From positions 1,920,001-1,952,000 of the forward strand of contig OZ252279.1 in the NCBI GenBank assembly GCA_965250005.1: a stretch of 32,000 nucleotides of DNA, written 5' to 3'. This DNA is from Demequinaceae bacterium (GTDB lineage Bacteria > Actinomycetota > Actinomycetes > Actinomycetales > Demequinaceae). The notes under the pieces were generated by a model. It was not told the DNA's origin, ran no database searches, and worked only from the letters and a program-made list of their open reading frames with translations. The number at the start of each line of letters is the position of its first letter. Position 1 is the first letter of the stretch. Positions 1 through 9,300 of this stretch are shown here, piece after piece. The position numbers and the translations under genes were made by a program.

Positions 1-1200
1 CTTGGAATTCGCAACGCCGACGGCTCAGACTCTGAGGAGATCAGCCCTCATCGAGTCGACATGGCAGCTGTGAACGCGCGGATCCGCAAGCTCGTCGGGA
101 AGCAAACAGGTGACATTCGCGCGCGTCTTGAGTCCGACGGCGTCAGCATCGTTGAGGGCGAAGGCCGCATGGTGGGGCCTTTCAGTGTCGCGGTCCGGGA
201 CGAGCAGATCGAATCCGACGTCACGCTGCTCGCGCTCGGGGCCAGGCCTCGCGTGCTGCCGGCGGCACTCCCTGACGGCGACCGCATCTTCACCTGGACG
301 CAGCTCTATGAGCTCACGGAGGTCCCCGAGCGGCTGGTGGTGGTCGGCTCAGGCGTGACCGGGGCAGAGTTCGCTGGCGCCTACCAACTTCTCGGCTCCC
401 ATGTCACGCTCGTATCCTCCTCAGATCGCGTTCTGGGAAAGCAGGACCCTGAGGCCGCGCAGTTCATCCAGGACGTCTTCGATGGCCGTGGAATGACGAT
501 GGTGACGGGGTCACATGCCGCGACGGTCGAGAACGTTGGCACGGGGGTCAAAGTCACGTTGGTCGACGGCCGGATCGTCGAGGGCTCGCACTGCCTCATG
601 GCGGTCGGCTCAGTTCCGAATACCGACGGTGTGGGCCTGGAAAACGCGGGTATCGCCGTAGACGAGCACGGGTTCGTTGCGGTGGACCGCGTATCGCGCA
701 CGAGCGTGCGCGGCGTCTACGCCGCCGGTGATTGCACGGGACTACTGCCCCTGGCGTCTGTAGCGGCCATGCAGGGCCGCATAGCGGTTGCTCACGCGCT
801 CGGCGACGCCGTGCAGCCGATCGAACTGTCCCACGTGGCCGCGAACGTCTTCACCACCCCGGAGATCGCGACGGTGGGTGCTACCGAGCAGCAGCTCAAG
901 GATCGAGGCATTTTCTACAAGGTCTCGCGACTGGAGTTCGCGCGCAACCCCCGCGCCAAAATGCTCGGAATTGATCACGGATTCGTGAAGATCTTTGGCC
1001 ACACGGTCACCGGCATGGTGCTGGGTGCGGTGATCGTCGGCCCGCGAGCGGGCGAACACATTTTCCCGTTGGCGCTCGCCGTCACGCACCGTCTTACGGT
1101 CGACGATGTCGCTTCCACATTTACCGTGTACCCGTCGCTCAACGGCACGATCGCTGAGGCCGCGCGTCGGCTGCACAACATGACCGATCCCACGCGCTGA
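1..1200 (+). CDS. FAD-dependent pyridine nucleotide-disulfide oxidoreductase (LpdA-like NAD(P)H dehydrogenase/dihydrolipoyl dehydrogenase family); 5' end cut by window edge
   Basis: Frame 1 is open from base 1, with no stop before the ATG at 61, so the gene starts upstream of the window. It has an NAD-binding GxGxxG (VVVGSGVTGAEFAG), the second FAD motif (GVYAAGDC) and a C-terminal dimerisation region (TVYPSLNGTIAEA). Confidence 0.85.
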   Translation, partial: LGIRNADGSDSEEISPHRVDMAAVNARIRKLVGKQTGDIRARLESDGVSIVEGEGRMVGPFSVAVRDEQIESDVTLLALGARPRVLPAALPDGDRIFTWTQLYELTEVPERLVVVGSGVTGAEFAGAYQLLGSHVTLVSSSDRVLGKQDPEAAQFIQDVFDGRGMTMVTGSHAATVENVGTGVKVTLVDGRIVEGSHCLMAVGSVPNTDGVGLENAGIAVDEHGFVAVDRVSRTSVRGVYAAGDCTGLLPLASVAAMQGRIAVAHALGDAVQPIELSHVAANVFTTPEIATVGATEQQLKDRGIFYKVSRLEFARNPRAKMLGIDHGFVKIFGHTVTGMVLGAVIVGPRAGEHIFPLALAVTHRLTVDDVASTFTVYPSLNGTIAEAARRLHNMTDPTR

Positions 1201-1215
1201 CCCGACACACGAACG

Positions 1216-1255
1216 CAGCAGCGGCGACCGCCCCGAAGAGCTGCCGCCGCTGCTG
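1216..1255. terminator. Candidate bidirectional stem-loop between convergent genes
   Basis: Perfect 11-bp inverted repeat CAGCAGCGGCG (1216-1226) / CGCCGCTGCTG (1245-1255) with an 18-nt loop. It sits in the 66-nt gap between a + gene ending at 1200 and a - gene ending at 1267. There is no U-tract. Confidence 0.45.
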
Positions 1256-1266
1256 AGAAGCAGTTG

Positions 1267-3162
1267 CTAGTTGTCGACAGCCACCGTGAAGCTGAAGCTG
1301 AAGTGATCTGACAGCGGAGAGTCGCCAATCACAAAATCGGTGATGGTGACGCCCTCGTAGAACGCGTAGTCGATCCGCGCGTGGAAGTCGGCACCGTTGT
1401 AGGTGTCCGCCTCGCCAACGAGATCGTCCTGAGCGCTAGCGAACCGCTCGAGCATGAGCTCGATGACTTCGCTCTCGGGGGTGTCGTTGAAGTCGCCAGC
1501 GACCACAGCAGCGGGCGCATCGGACACCTCGGCAAGGAACGCCTCGGCCTGCTCTACGCGCGTCGAGTCGTCGTCCTTGTGCTGCAGGTGGATTGCCGTG
1601 AACTGGATTGGACCCGAAGCCGTTTCGATGCTCGCGACCATCGCCGATCGACCCTGCGGGCCCGTTCCATAAGGAAGCGTGATGCGTTGCACGTCAGTGA
1701 ATTCGTAGCGCGAGAGGATCGCGTTTCCGAACTGGTGGTCGTGGGCGCCTACGTACACGTAGTGCATGTTGAGTGCATCGGCGAGGTACTGGAGTATGTC
1801 TGTTCCGCCAGCGAGGATCCAGCCGCGCGTCACCTCTTGGATCATGACAACGTCGGGGTTCTGGGACGCGATTTCTGCGGCGATCGCATCGAGATCGACG
1901 TCTGGTCCGCCCCCAAGTCCGGGAGTGACGCCGTAGTGAACGTTCCAGGACACCATCTTGAGTTCGCTGGGAAGCCCCGACGGGGCACTCCCGGCTCCGT
2001 TGAATGTCAGCAAGGTGAAGGCGCCAATGAGAACGGAGGCGACCGCCAGGATTCCTGTACGCAGCCGGTACCCGGTGGCTGCCGCGATGAGGGTTCTTGA
2101 TGCCTGTTGAGCGCGCGACCGCACAACTGCTCCTCCAGCGATGGCGAACGCAGAGATCACAATGATCAGCAGATGCGGAATGCCAAGCGGCATGTCGTAG
2201 TCGAGCTGCACGAGCATGAACGGCAGGAGTGCGAGCACGCCGAACGCGGCGGCGGCGCCGAGGAAGCGGGGGCCAGACTTGGCGCCCTCCGCCGCGACGC
2301 TCAGCGCACGGCTGGTCAAATACGTGGTGGTCGCGATGGCAACGGGGGCCATAACAACCAAGACAGCGCCCTGGAAGCTGACGAGCGTCCACACCGCGAG
2401 AACGGCAGTAGCGCCGAGTGCGGCCACCGCTGCCATGGGGAGGTTTGGCATGCGTGCGGCAAGGTACATGCCCGCACCCAAGCCGGTTGCCGACAGCACA
2501 ATTGCGACCCCCAGGTGGAAGCCAGACTGACTTGACATGAACGCGAGGTTTGCAAACGCGAACGCCAGGATCGAGAACCACAGTCCATACGCCCATAGCC
2601 CGCGGACCGGGCGCTCGGAAGTGTCGTTGCGTGTGCGCCAGGCCGTCCACAGGAGAGACGCACACAGGAGCGCAGTGAAGCCGATCGCCAAAATGTCGTC
2701 CCGCCAGATGGCGTCCCACGTGACCAGGATGCCCTGTTCGAGCACCGCGACGATCGCGCCTAGTCCGCTCGCGGCCATGATGGTGGGTGCGCCGCCGGAG
2801 GCGCCGGCACCCCTCACGGCTAGCAGCAGCAGTTCCACTGACATGGCCATGGCGATGAGGCCGTACAGCACCAGGGCTTCGCCCTCAAGGAACGGAAGCA
2901 GGATGCGCAGCACCACAAGCGCCGCGGCCTGCGCGAGGATCACGTTTCCGTGTCCAATGCGTCGGCCAATGAGCGTGGCGAAGTATGCGAGCACGCCTCC
3001 GCCCGCGAACGTGGCGAAGGCGGCGCCAGCCGCGACTTCCACGCCAATGTCGAACAGGTCTGAGATCAGCGGTCCGGCAAAGCGGATCAGGTCAATTGTG
3101 AGCCAGGTGGCGACGGCTACGAGGCCGATTACACGTCTTTGAGTTCCAGTCATGGATGCCAC
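1267..3162 (-). CDS. Polytopic membrane protein with C-terminal endonuclease/exonuclease/phosphatase (EEP) domain
   Basis: 631-aa ORF. The first ~400 aa are hydrophobic with many predicted TM helices. The C-terminal ~230 aa carries EEP signature residues in order: SWNVH, MIQEV, GNAILSR, GDFN, IDY, SDH. The start is GTG 3162 or ATG 3153. Confidence 0.85.
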   Translation of the reverse strand: MASMTGTQRRVIGLVAVATWLTIDLIRFAGPLISDLFDIGVEVAAGAAFATFAGGGVLAYFATLIGRRIGHGNVILAQAAALVVLRILLPFLEGEALVLYGLIAMAMSVELLLLAVRGAGASGGAPTIMAASGLGAIVAVLEQGILVTWDAIWRDDILAIGFTALLCASLLWTAWRTRNDTSERPVRGLWAYGLWFSILAFAFANLAFMSSQSGFHLGVAIVLSATGLGAGMYLAARMPNLPMAAVAALGATAVLAVWTLVSFQGAVLVVMAPVAIATTTYLTSRALSVAAEGAKSGPRFLGAAAAFGVLALLPFMLVQLDYDMPLGIPHLLIIVISAFAIAGGAVVRSRAQQASRTLIAAATGYRLRTGILAVASVLIGAFTLLTFNGAGSAPSGLPSELKMVSWNVHYGVTPGLGGGPDVDLDAIAAEIASQNPDVVMIQEVTRGWILAGGTDILQYLADALNMHYVYVGAHDHQFGNAILSRYEFTDVQRITLPYGTGPQGRSAMVASIETASGPIQFTAIHLQHKDDDSTRVEQAEAFLAEVSDAPAAVVAGDFNDTPESEVIELMLERFASAQDDLVGEADTYNGADFHARIDYAFYEGVTITDFVIGDSPLSDHFSFSFTVAVDN

Positions 3163-3227
3163 GCTACATGCAATGTGCCCTCGACTGGGGTGCGCCCGTA
3201 GAAGTCGCGGCTAACGCCCTCGACCGG

Positions 3228-5009
3228 CTACTCTGCGTCTTCGATGTCGCAGATTGTGGTTCCGGCGCTGACCGTGGCGCCCATCTCCGCTTTCAGGTTC
3301 GCGATGGTGCCAGCCTTGTGCGCCACCAGCGGCTGCTCCATCTTCATCGCCTCGAGAACCACGATGAGGTCGCCCTCGGCCACGGTCGCGCCCTCCGCGA
3401 CGGCTACTTTGACTATGGTGCCCTGCATCGGAGATGTGAGGGTCTTGCCTGAGGGGGCAATTTTCGCGGTGCCGTTCTTGCGGCCCCGCCGAGCCGGGCC
3501 TCCGGACTTCTGGCCGGCCCGTCCAGCGCGGGCGAGCCCGGCAGGGAGGACGACTTCAATGCGCTTGCCGCCAACCTCGACGACCACGCGCTCGGTAGCC
3601 TGGCTTTCCTCCGTGGCTGCCCCTCCAGGACCAGACTTGCCGAGGGCCGCCACGGTCTCGGCGAAGTCGGATTCGATCCACGTGGTGAAGACTCCGAAGT
3701 TGCCGTCTGCGGCGATAAACTCTGGTGCGTTGAGGACGGCGCGGTGGAAAGACAACACCGTGGGAATGCCCTCGACGTTCATTTCAGCGAGCGCCCGGCG
3801 CGCGCGCGCGAGCGCCTGCTCGCGGGTCGCACCCGTAACGATGACCTTGGCAATCATCGAGTCGAAGGCACCGGAGACCGTGTCACCCTGGACTACGCCA
3901 GCGTCGACGCGAACACCCGGGCCCGATGGCATCGCGAGTCGGTTGATACGTCCTGGCGCTGGCATGAATCCGGCGCCCGGGTCCTCGCCGTTGATGCGGA
4001 ACTCAAAGGAGTGGCCCCGGACCACGGGGTCAAGGACGGAGATGGGCTCTCCGGCGGCGATGCGGAACTGTTCGCGCACCAGGTCGACGCCGGTGACCTC
4101 TTCCGACACAGGGTGCTCCACCTGCAGCCGTGTGTTGACCTCCAGGAAGGAAATTGTGCCGTCCGTGCCGACCAGGAACTCGCACGTGCCCGCGCCTTCG
4201 TAGTTGGCCTCGCGGAGGATGTTTTTGGACGATTCGATCAGCTGCGCGTTCTGATCGTCTGTCAGGAACGGCGCGGGGGCCTCCTCCACAAGCTTCTGGT
4301 GGCGACGTTGCAGCGAGCAGTCGCGGGTAGAGACCACGACGACGTTGCCGTGGCTGTCAGCGAGGCATTGGGTTTCTACGTGACGGGGGCGGTCAAGGAA
4401 TCGCTCGACAAAGCACTCGCCGCGACCGAACGCGGAGATCGCCTCGCGCACGGCTGACTCGTAGAGCTCGGTGATGTCCTCTTTGGCGCGGGCCACCTTG
4501 AGGCCGCGGCCTCCGCCACCGAACGCCGCTTTGATAGCGACCGGGAGCCCGAACTCGTCAGCGAACGCGTGGACATCGTCGGCGGTCTTGACGGGTTCTT
4601 TGGTGCCGGGCACCAATGGTGCGCCCGCCCGCTGCGCGATGTGTCGCGCCGAGACCTTGTCCCCGAGACTGTCGATTGCGTCCGGTGACGGGCCGATCCA
4701 TGTGATTCCTGCGCCGATAATCGCGCGCGCGAAGTCGGCGTTCTCAGCGAGGAAGCCATAGCCAGGGTGGATTGCCTGCGCGCCGGAGCGCTGAGCGACT
4801 TCGACAATCTTCCCGATGTCGAGATACGTCTGAGCCGCCGTCTCGCCATCGAGGCTGAAGGCTTCGTCAGCGAGAGCCACGAACTGGGCGTCGCGATCCG
4901 GCTCGGCGTAGACGGCAACGGAGCGGAGTCCGGCGTCCTTGCATGCTCGAATAATGCGTACGGCGATTTCGCCTCGGTTTGCGATGAGGACGGAGTCGAA
5001 TGTTGGCAC
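3228..5009 (-). CDS. accA: Acetyl/propionyl-CoA carboxylase alpha subunit (biotin carboxylase + biotin carboxyl carrier domains)
   Basis: 593-aa ORF. The N-terminus [16 protein letters not shown] and an ATP-grasp region are typical of biotin carboxylases. The C-terminal biotinyl domain carries the EAMKM biotinylation motif. Confidence 0.95.
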   Translation of the reverse strand: MPTFDSVLIANRGEIAVRIIRACKDAGLRSVAVYAEPDRDAQFVALADEAFSLDGETAAQTYLDIGKIVEVAQRSGAQAIHPGYGFLAENADFARAIIGAGITWIGPSPDAIDSLGDKVSARHIAQRAGAPLVPGTKEPVKTADDVHAFADEFGLPVAIKAAFGGGGRGLKVARAKEDITELYESAVREAISAFGRGECFVERFLDRPRHVETQCLADSHGNVVVVSTRDCSLQRRHQKLVEEAPAPFLTDDQNAQLIESSKNILREANYEGAGTCEFLVGTDGTISFLEVNTRLQVEHPVSEEVTGVDLVREQFRIAAGEPISVLDPVVRGHSFEFRINGEDPGAGFMPAPGRINRLAMPSGPGVRVDAGVVQGDTVSGAFDSMIAKVIVTGATREQALARARRALAEMNVEGIPTVLSFHRAVLNAPEFIAADGNFGVFTTWIESDFAETVAALGKSGPGGAATEESQATERVVVEVGGKRIEVVLPAGLARAGRAGQKSGGPARRGRKNGTAKIAPSGKTLTSPMQGTIVKVAVAEGATVAEGDLIVVLEAMKMEQPLVAHKAGTIANLKAEMGATVSAGTTICDIEDAE

Positions 5010-5174
5010 TGGCTCACGGTATCGCGCTTGCGACGCGTGTGACGAGTTGCGAGGTCAGCACTCGGGCAAGTTTGGACGGGGGGCTAACGCCGAATGGAGG
5101 CGTTTGTAGGTATCAGCTAATAGAAGCGGGCGTAATGGTGGCTACGCGCGCGTAAGTTGTACTGGATCCACAAT

Positions 5175-5807
5175 TCAGCTGGATTGCCAGAGTTCGTGGA
5201 TGCTCACCTCAACGTCGCCTAGCAGGCGGCGCAGTAGTGGGAGGCTCACGCCGACGACGCCGTGGTGATCGCCTTCAATGCGATCGACAAACGGCCCGCC
5301 GAGCCCGTCGATGGTGAAGGCGCCAGCAACATTGAGCGGTTCGCCAGTCGCCACGTAAGCGGTGATCTCCTCGTCGCTCAGGTTCGCAAAGTGGACGGTG
5401 GTGGCGGATGCAGCCACCGCACCGCGGGAGGTTCCGCCGCTTCGGTTGTCGATGAGGCAGTGCCCAGTATGGAGTACCCCCGAGCGGCCGCGCATGTGTC
5501 GCCACCGTTCCTGGGCAGTCGCCGCGTCACGCGGCTTGCCAACCACGTCGCCGTCGATCTCGAGCATGGAGTCGCACCCAAGGACGAGGGCGTCTGGGTT
5601 GTGCGTTGTCGCGACGTCGGCGGCCTTTTCGCGCGCCAGCAATTCGACGACAACTGCGGGGGCGAGGTCCGTGAGGCCATCGTCTGCGGCGACCAGAACC
5701 GCGTCCTCGTCGACGTTGGAGACAAGGACGGTTGGCCTGATCCCCGCCGCACGCAGCGTGGTGAGGCGGGCGGGCGATGCGGAAGCGAGGACGAGGGAGA
5801 TTGGCAT
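5175..5807 (-). CDS. maf: Maf-like nucleoside triphosphate pyrophosphatase
   Basis: 210-aa ORF with the N-terminal LVLASASPAR motif and Maf-family length. It occupies the position seen next to acc genes in other actinobacteria. Confidence 0.9.
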   Translation of the reverse strand: MPISLVLASASPARLTTLRAAGIRPTVLVSNVDEDAVLVAADDGLTDLAPAVVVELLAREKAADVATTHNPDALVLGCDSMLEIDGDVVGKPRDAATAQERWRHMRGRSGVLHTGHCLIDNRSGGTSRGAVAASATTVHFANLSDEEITAYVATGEPLNVAGAFTIDGLGGPFVDRIEGDHHGVVGVSLPLLRRLLGDVEVSIHELWQSS

Positions 5808-5906
5808 CCCGCTAGCCTAGCCAGCGGCTACGGGTGCAGGTGGGCAATGGAGCTCACCGCGACCTCTCAAGCCCGTCGTTACAGGTGGCGAGCGGTGACA
5901 ACTGAC

Positions 5907-5932
5907 CATCGCGGCAGCCAGCCGCCGCGATG
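5907..5932 (-). terminator. Candidate stem-loop just downstream of ubiE
   Basis: 9-bp perfect stem CATCGCGGC / GCCGCGATG with an 8-nt loop, beginning 5 nt after the ubiE stop on the minus strand. Only a weak T-containing tail follows (GTCAGTTGT). Confidence 0.4.
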
Positions 5933-5936
5933 CGGA

Positions 5937-6680
5937 CTAGGGCTTGACGCCATAGTGGATGGCGACAATACCGAAGAGCTTCTTGATGTGTTCCGTCTCG
6001 GTGTAGCCGGCGGCATCCATTTTCTCCTGGAGGAGATTCCGGTTCGGGTGCATGCGGATGGATTCAGCTAGGTAGCGATAGCTAGCGGCATCGTTGAGAA
6101 TCAGCTTTCCCATGAGCGGGAGCACCGCGAACGAGTACGCGTCGTATAGCGGCTTCACGGGTGCCGAAACGGGGTGGGAAAACTCGAGGATTGTTATGCG
6201 CCCGCCGGGCTTGAGTACGCGCTTGATTGACTCGAAGGTGCGGGTTTGGTCGGTGACGTTTCGGAGCCCGAAGGACATGGTGACCACGTCAAAACTGTTG
6301 TCATCAAAGGGGAGGGATTCAGCGTCGGCCTCCACGAACGCGAAGTTGCCGGCGACGCCGTGCTTTTCAATCTTTCGCTTGGCGGCAGACAGCATCGAGT
6401 CGTTGATGTCAGACAGGATTACCTTGCCGTCGAGGCTGACCTTGCGCGCGAGCCGGATGGCGATGTCGCCGGTACCGCTCGCGACGTCGAGAACCGCATC
6501 GCCGCGCTTCGCTCCGGTGAGTTTGATGGCTGCGCGCTTCCAGAGCCGGTGGAGCCCGAGCGTCATGATGTCGTTCATGACGTCGTACCTATAGGCGACG
6601 GAGTGAAACACGCGGGCGACGAGGTCTGCTTTTTTGTTGGCCTCTACCGACGTGAAGCCAAAGTGCGTGAAATCAGTCAT
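5937..6680 (-). CDS. ubiE: Demethylmenaquinone/ubiquinone C-methyltransferase, UbiE/MenG family (proteobacterial-type sequence)
   Basis: 247-aa ORF. THFGF...VFHSVAYRYDVMNDIMTLGLHRLWK, the SAM motif LDVASGTGD, SFGLRNV and YRYLAESIRMHP closely track the E. coli UbiE sequence as I recall it. Confidence 0.9.
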   Translation of the reverse strand: MTDFTHFGFTSVEANKKADLVARVFHSVAYRYDVMNDIMTLGLHRLWKRAAIKLTGAKRGDAVLDVASGTGDIAIRLARKVSLDGKVILSDINDSMLSAAKRKIEKHGVAGNFAFVEADAESLPFDDNSFDVVTMSFGLRNVTDQTRTFESIKRVLKPGGRITILEFSHPVSAPVKPLYDAYSFAVLPLMGKLILNDAASYRYLAESIRMHPNRNLLQEKMDAAGYTETEHIKKLFGIVAIHYGVKP

Positions 6681-6897
6681 GGACGGGCCTCCCTTTCCAA
6701 CGAGCCCGCCGCGCGTTCGAGGTGACGCGACGGGGCTTGGTCATGCGAGAACTACTTAGGCCCACACTACTTTGTGCAAGGTGGGGTGGCTCGGGGACTT
6801 GGTCCCTGGTTTGCGAACTGTCTGGGCGTACCGTTGGGCCGCGAGCGGCACCTCCCATGGCTGTGTGGGTCCTGCGTATTGAGTTTTGTTTTGGGGA

Positions 6898-7125
6898 CTA
6901 CGGAGTTGGGGCGGTGGCGCCGACGAGCGGGCACCCTGCACACGCCCGGGGGACGACGACCGGGCCACACGCTCCGCATGCCTGGGCGGGCGAGATCAGA
7001 TCGAGGCGAACCGCCTCGTCGACCATGGCGTTCACCAGGTCAGGAGCGATTCCCAGCTGCCGCGCGACGGCGGCGGGCGAGTCGTCGGCGCGGGTGGCTG
7101 CGAGCACCGCATAAAAGGTGGTCAT
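6898..7125 (-). CDS. feoC: FeoC-like small winged-helix protein with CxxC-x7-CxxC cluster
   Basis: I place the start at the internal ATG 7125, whose ATGA overlaps the feoB stop, giving 75 aa (MTTFYAVLAATRADDSPAAVARQLGIAPDLVNAMVDEAVRLDLI...). The fold looks wHTH-like. Four Cys follow (CGAC...CAGC), as in FeoC. The ORF-track start at 7254 lies inside feoB and is unlikely. Confidence 0.6.
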   Translation of the reverse strand: MTTFYAVLAATRADDSPAAVARQLGIAPDLVNAMVDEAVRLDLISPAQACGACGPVVVPRACAGCPLVGATAPTP

Positions 7126-9014
7126 ATCAGCACCCGGCTCACCTGGAAGACGGCAACGGCGAGCGACCACGCGACGGTGAGCTGAACGCCGAACGCGGTG
7201 AAGGCTCGAGCCGTACCGAGCTGGCGGCGCTGCTCGGCGAGCGTCGCGACGCACGGCGTGTACGCGAGCACGAACACCATGAACGCGAGCGCGGCCGCAT
7301 CGGTCGCCCCATCCGACGATTCGCGCACAGTCTCTTGTAGCAGTGGCGACAGATCGCTGATCGCTCCGCTCCCGTCGTCCCCGTGGGATTGAGCGAGCGC
7401 GCCCACGACCGCCTCTCGCGCGGCGAGCCCCGTCATGAGCGCGGAAGTCAGGCGCCAGTCGTCAAGGCCAGCTGGCTCCATCACCGGCACCAGTGCCTGG
7501 GCGGCCACGCCCCACGCGCTGTCTTCAGGTGGCGCCTCGCCAAAGCCATACTCGGTGCTGACGGGGACCGCTGTGAGTAGCCACATGGCCACGAGCGCAG
7601 CGACGATCACCGCGCCCGCGCGCCTGACGAACATGCGCACGCGCACGAGCGCGTCGCCAAGCAGGGGCCGCGGAGCTGGCAGCTGATACGGCGGCAGGAC
7701 GAGGACCAAAGGCGCGCGCGTGGCAGTTCCGGACTGGGCAGAGCGCATCAGCAATCCCCCGAAGACCACCAGGGCGACGCTCAGCAGGTACATCGCGAAG
7801 ACGGCTGTCCCGGCGCGGCCGGGGAAGAACGCAGTCGCGATGAACAGAAACACTGTGAGGCGCGCGCTGCACGCGGTGTACGGCACCAGCAGCCCTGCGA
7901 CCAGCCGATGGCGCGCGTGGGGCAGCGCGCGCGTTGCCGCGAGGGCAGGAACATTGCAACCGAAGCCGACGATCATCGGCAGGACGGCGCGACCGTCGAG
8001 TCCGATTCTGCGCATCGCCGCATCCGCCACTACGGCGGCGCGCGTAAGGTAACCGCTCGTGTCGAGCGCTGCGATGGCCACGAACGTAATTGCCATGAGC
8101 GGCACAAACGCGGCTACCGTTGCGACGCCGACGAGCACCCCGTCCACCAGTAGGCCCTCGAGCCACGTTCCGCGTCCGCCAATCGCGCCAAGCGCGTCAC
8201 GTGCGGCCTCGACCAGGGGCTTCTCAACAATCCACGTCGCGGCGTCCATGAGCGGTTGCGCGACGAGGGTGACCAACTCAAACATCCCATAGAGCACAGC
8301 CAGGAATATGGGTACGCCGATTGCCGGGCGAAGGAGGTAGGAGTCGATCGCATCCGTCGCCGTGCGGCGCGGGCCGGACGCCGTAGGCATGCTGGCGACG
8401 ATGCCGTCGACCCATTCGAAGAGGCGCGCCGCTCTCGCCTCGGGTGTCTCCTCTGGGGCACTGGCGCCTCCTAGGGACGAGGCTCCGCTCGCGAGAGCTC
8501 CCGCCAGGTCATCGAGTCCCGACCGGTGGCGGCCATCGACCTCGACAACCGGAACGCCGAGCGCCTCCTCGAGCAGTTCTGGTGTGAGCGTCCCACCGCG
8601 CCGACTCACGATGTCGCACTTGGTGAGCGCGACGGCGACGCGCACGCCCGCATCTGTCACCTGCGCGAGCAGGTATAGCGAGCCGGACAGCGCGGTGGCA
8701 TCAACGACGACGATGGCTACCGAATCGGGCCCTGCGTTGGCGATTGCTTGCGCCGCGACCGCTTCGTCTGGCGAGGTCGCGGTGAGGCTGTAGGTGCCGG
8801 GAAGATCTGTCAGGTCGACGGGCCCGGCGTGCGTGGACCAGCGGCCGTGGTTGAGTTCGACGGTGGTGCCAGGCGCGTTTACCGCGCGTTGACGTGCGCC
8901 GGTGAGGGCGTTGAAGAGGGTGGACTTGCCGGCGTTTGGGACGCCCACGAGCAGGGTTTGACGGGCGTCCCGAGCGCGCCGGCGCAGCACCCGCTCCCGC
9001 CGCTGCGCGGTCAC
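7122..9014 (-). CDS. feoB: Ferrous iron transporter FeoB (G-domain + membrane permease)
   Basis: 630-aa ORF with the N-terminal GTPase P-loop GVPNAGKSTLFNALTG, followed by a large polytopic membrane domain. The GTG start overlaps the feoA stop (GTGA). Confidence 0.95.
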   Translation of the reverse strand: MTAQRRERVLRRRARDARQTLLVGVPNAGKSTLFNALTGARQRAVNAPGTTVELNHGRWSTHAGPVDLTDLPGTYSLTATSPDEAVAAQAIANAGPDSVAIVVVDATALSGSLYLLAQVTDAGVRVAVALTKCDIVSRRGGTLTPELLEEALGVPVVEVDGRHRSGLDDLAGALASGASSLGGASAPEETPEARAARLFEWVDGIVASMPTASGPRRTATDAIDSYLLRPAIGVPIFLAVLYGMFELVTLVAQPLMDAATWIVEKPLVEAARDALGAIGGRGTWLEGLLVDGVLVGVATVAAFVPLMAITFVAIAALDTSGYLTRAAVVADAAMRRIGLDGRAVLPMIVGFGCNVPALAATRALPHARHRLVAGLLVPYTACSARLTVFLFIATAFFPGRAGTAVFAMYLLSVALVVFGGLLMRSAQSGTATRAPLVLVLPPYQLPAPRPLLGDALVRVRMFVRRAGAVIVAALVAMWLLTAVPVSTEYGFGEAPPEDSAWGVAAQALVPVMEPAGLDDWRLTSALMTGLAAREAVVGALAQSHGDDGSGAISDLSPLLQETVRESSDGATDAAALAFMVFVLAYTPCVATLAEQRRQLGTARAFTAFGVQLTVAWSLAVAVFQVSRVLI

Positions 9015-9241
9015 GTCGAACTCGCGTGCTCGACGTCGATGCCGCCCGCGGTCCGCCCGTCTAGGGCGAGGCGCGCGGAGCCGACCGCAATCAGCCGGCC
9101 GTCAAAGCCGGCGCGCTGGAGGACACGAATCACGGTGCCCGAACGTAGCCCCAACTCGCTCAAGCGCAGAGTAGCGCCGTCGTCGAGGCGCGATGCGCCG
9201 AGGCGCAGTTCCACGCCAATCGGGGCATCGGATAGTCGCAT
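9011..9241 (-). CDS. feoA: FeoA family iron transport accessory protein
   Basis: 76-aa ORF of SH3-like FeoA size and pattern (LSELGLRSGTVIRVL...G.LIV). It is translationally coupled to feoB. Confidence 0.85.
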   Translation of the reverse strand: MRLSDAPIGVELRLGASRLDDGATLRLSELGLRSGTVIRVLQRAGFDGRLIAVGSARLALDGRTAGGIDVEHASST

Positions 9242-9256
9242 ATTCCAACCGTAGAA

Positions 9257-9275
9257 CTTAGGTGCGCCTTACCGG
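9257..9275. promoter_or_regulatory. Weak DtxR/IdeR-like box upstream of feoA
   Basis: TTAGGTGCGCCTTACCGGG matches the 19-bp DtxR/IdeR consensus TTAGGTTAGGCTAACCTAA at 12-13 of 19 positions, depending on strand. The left half-site TTAGGT is perfect. The box lies 16 nt upstream of the feoA start. Confidence 0.3.
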
Positions 9276-9300
9276 GGGGACCATGGTCCTCGCGACCGGG

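Noticed and set aside
5143-5154. The alternating-CG palindrome TACGCGCGCGTA between maf and accA, plus a nearby AACGCC-N7-GGCGTT hairpin (about 5087-5107).
   Set aside because: Both are too short and too generic in 65% G+C DNA to call an operator or terminator, and neither has a U-tract. I note them only as possible maf/accA boundary elements.
6673-6979. Several 60-70-aa ORFs on both strands in and around the ubiE-feoC intergenic region.
   Set aside because: They have no RBS, their translations are low-complexity and Pro/Arg/Ser-rich, and they overlap one another. The 217-nt gap is more likely the ubiE promoter region.
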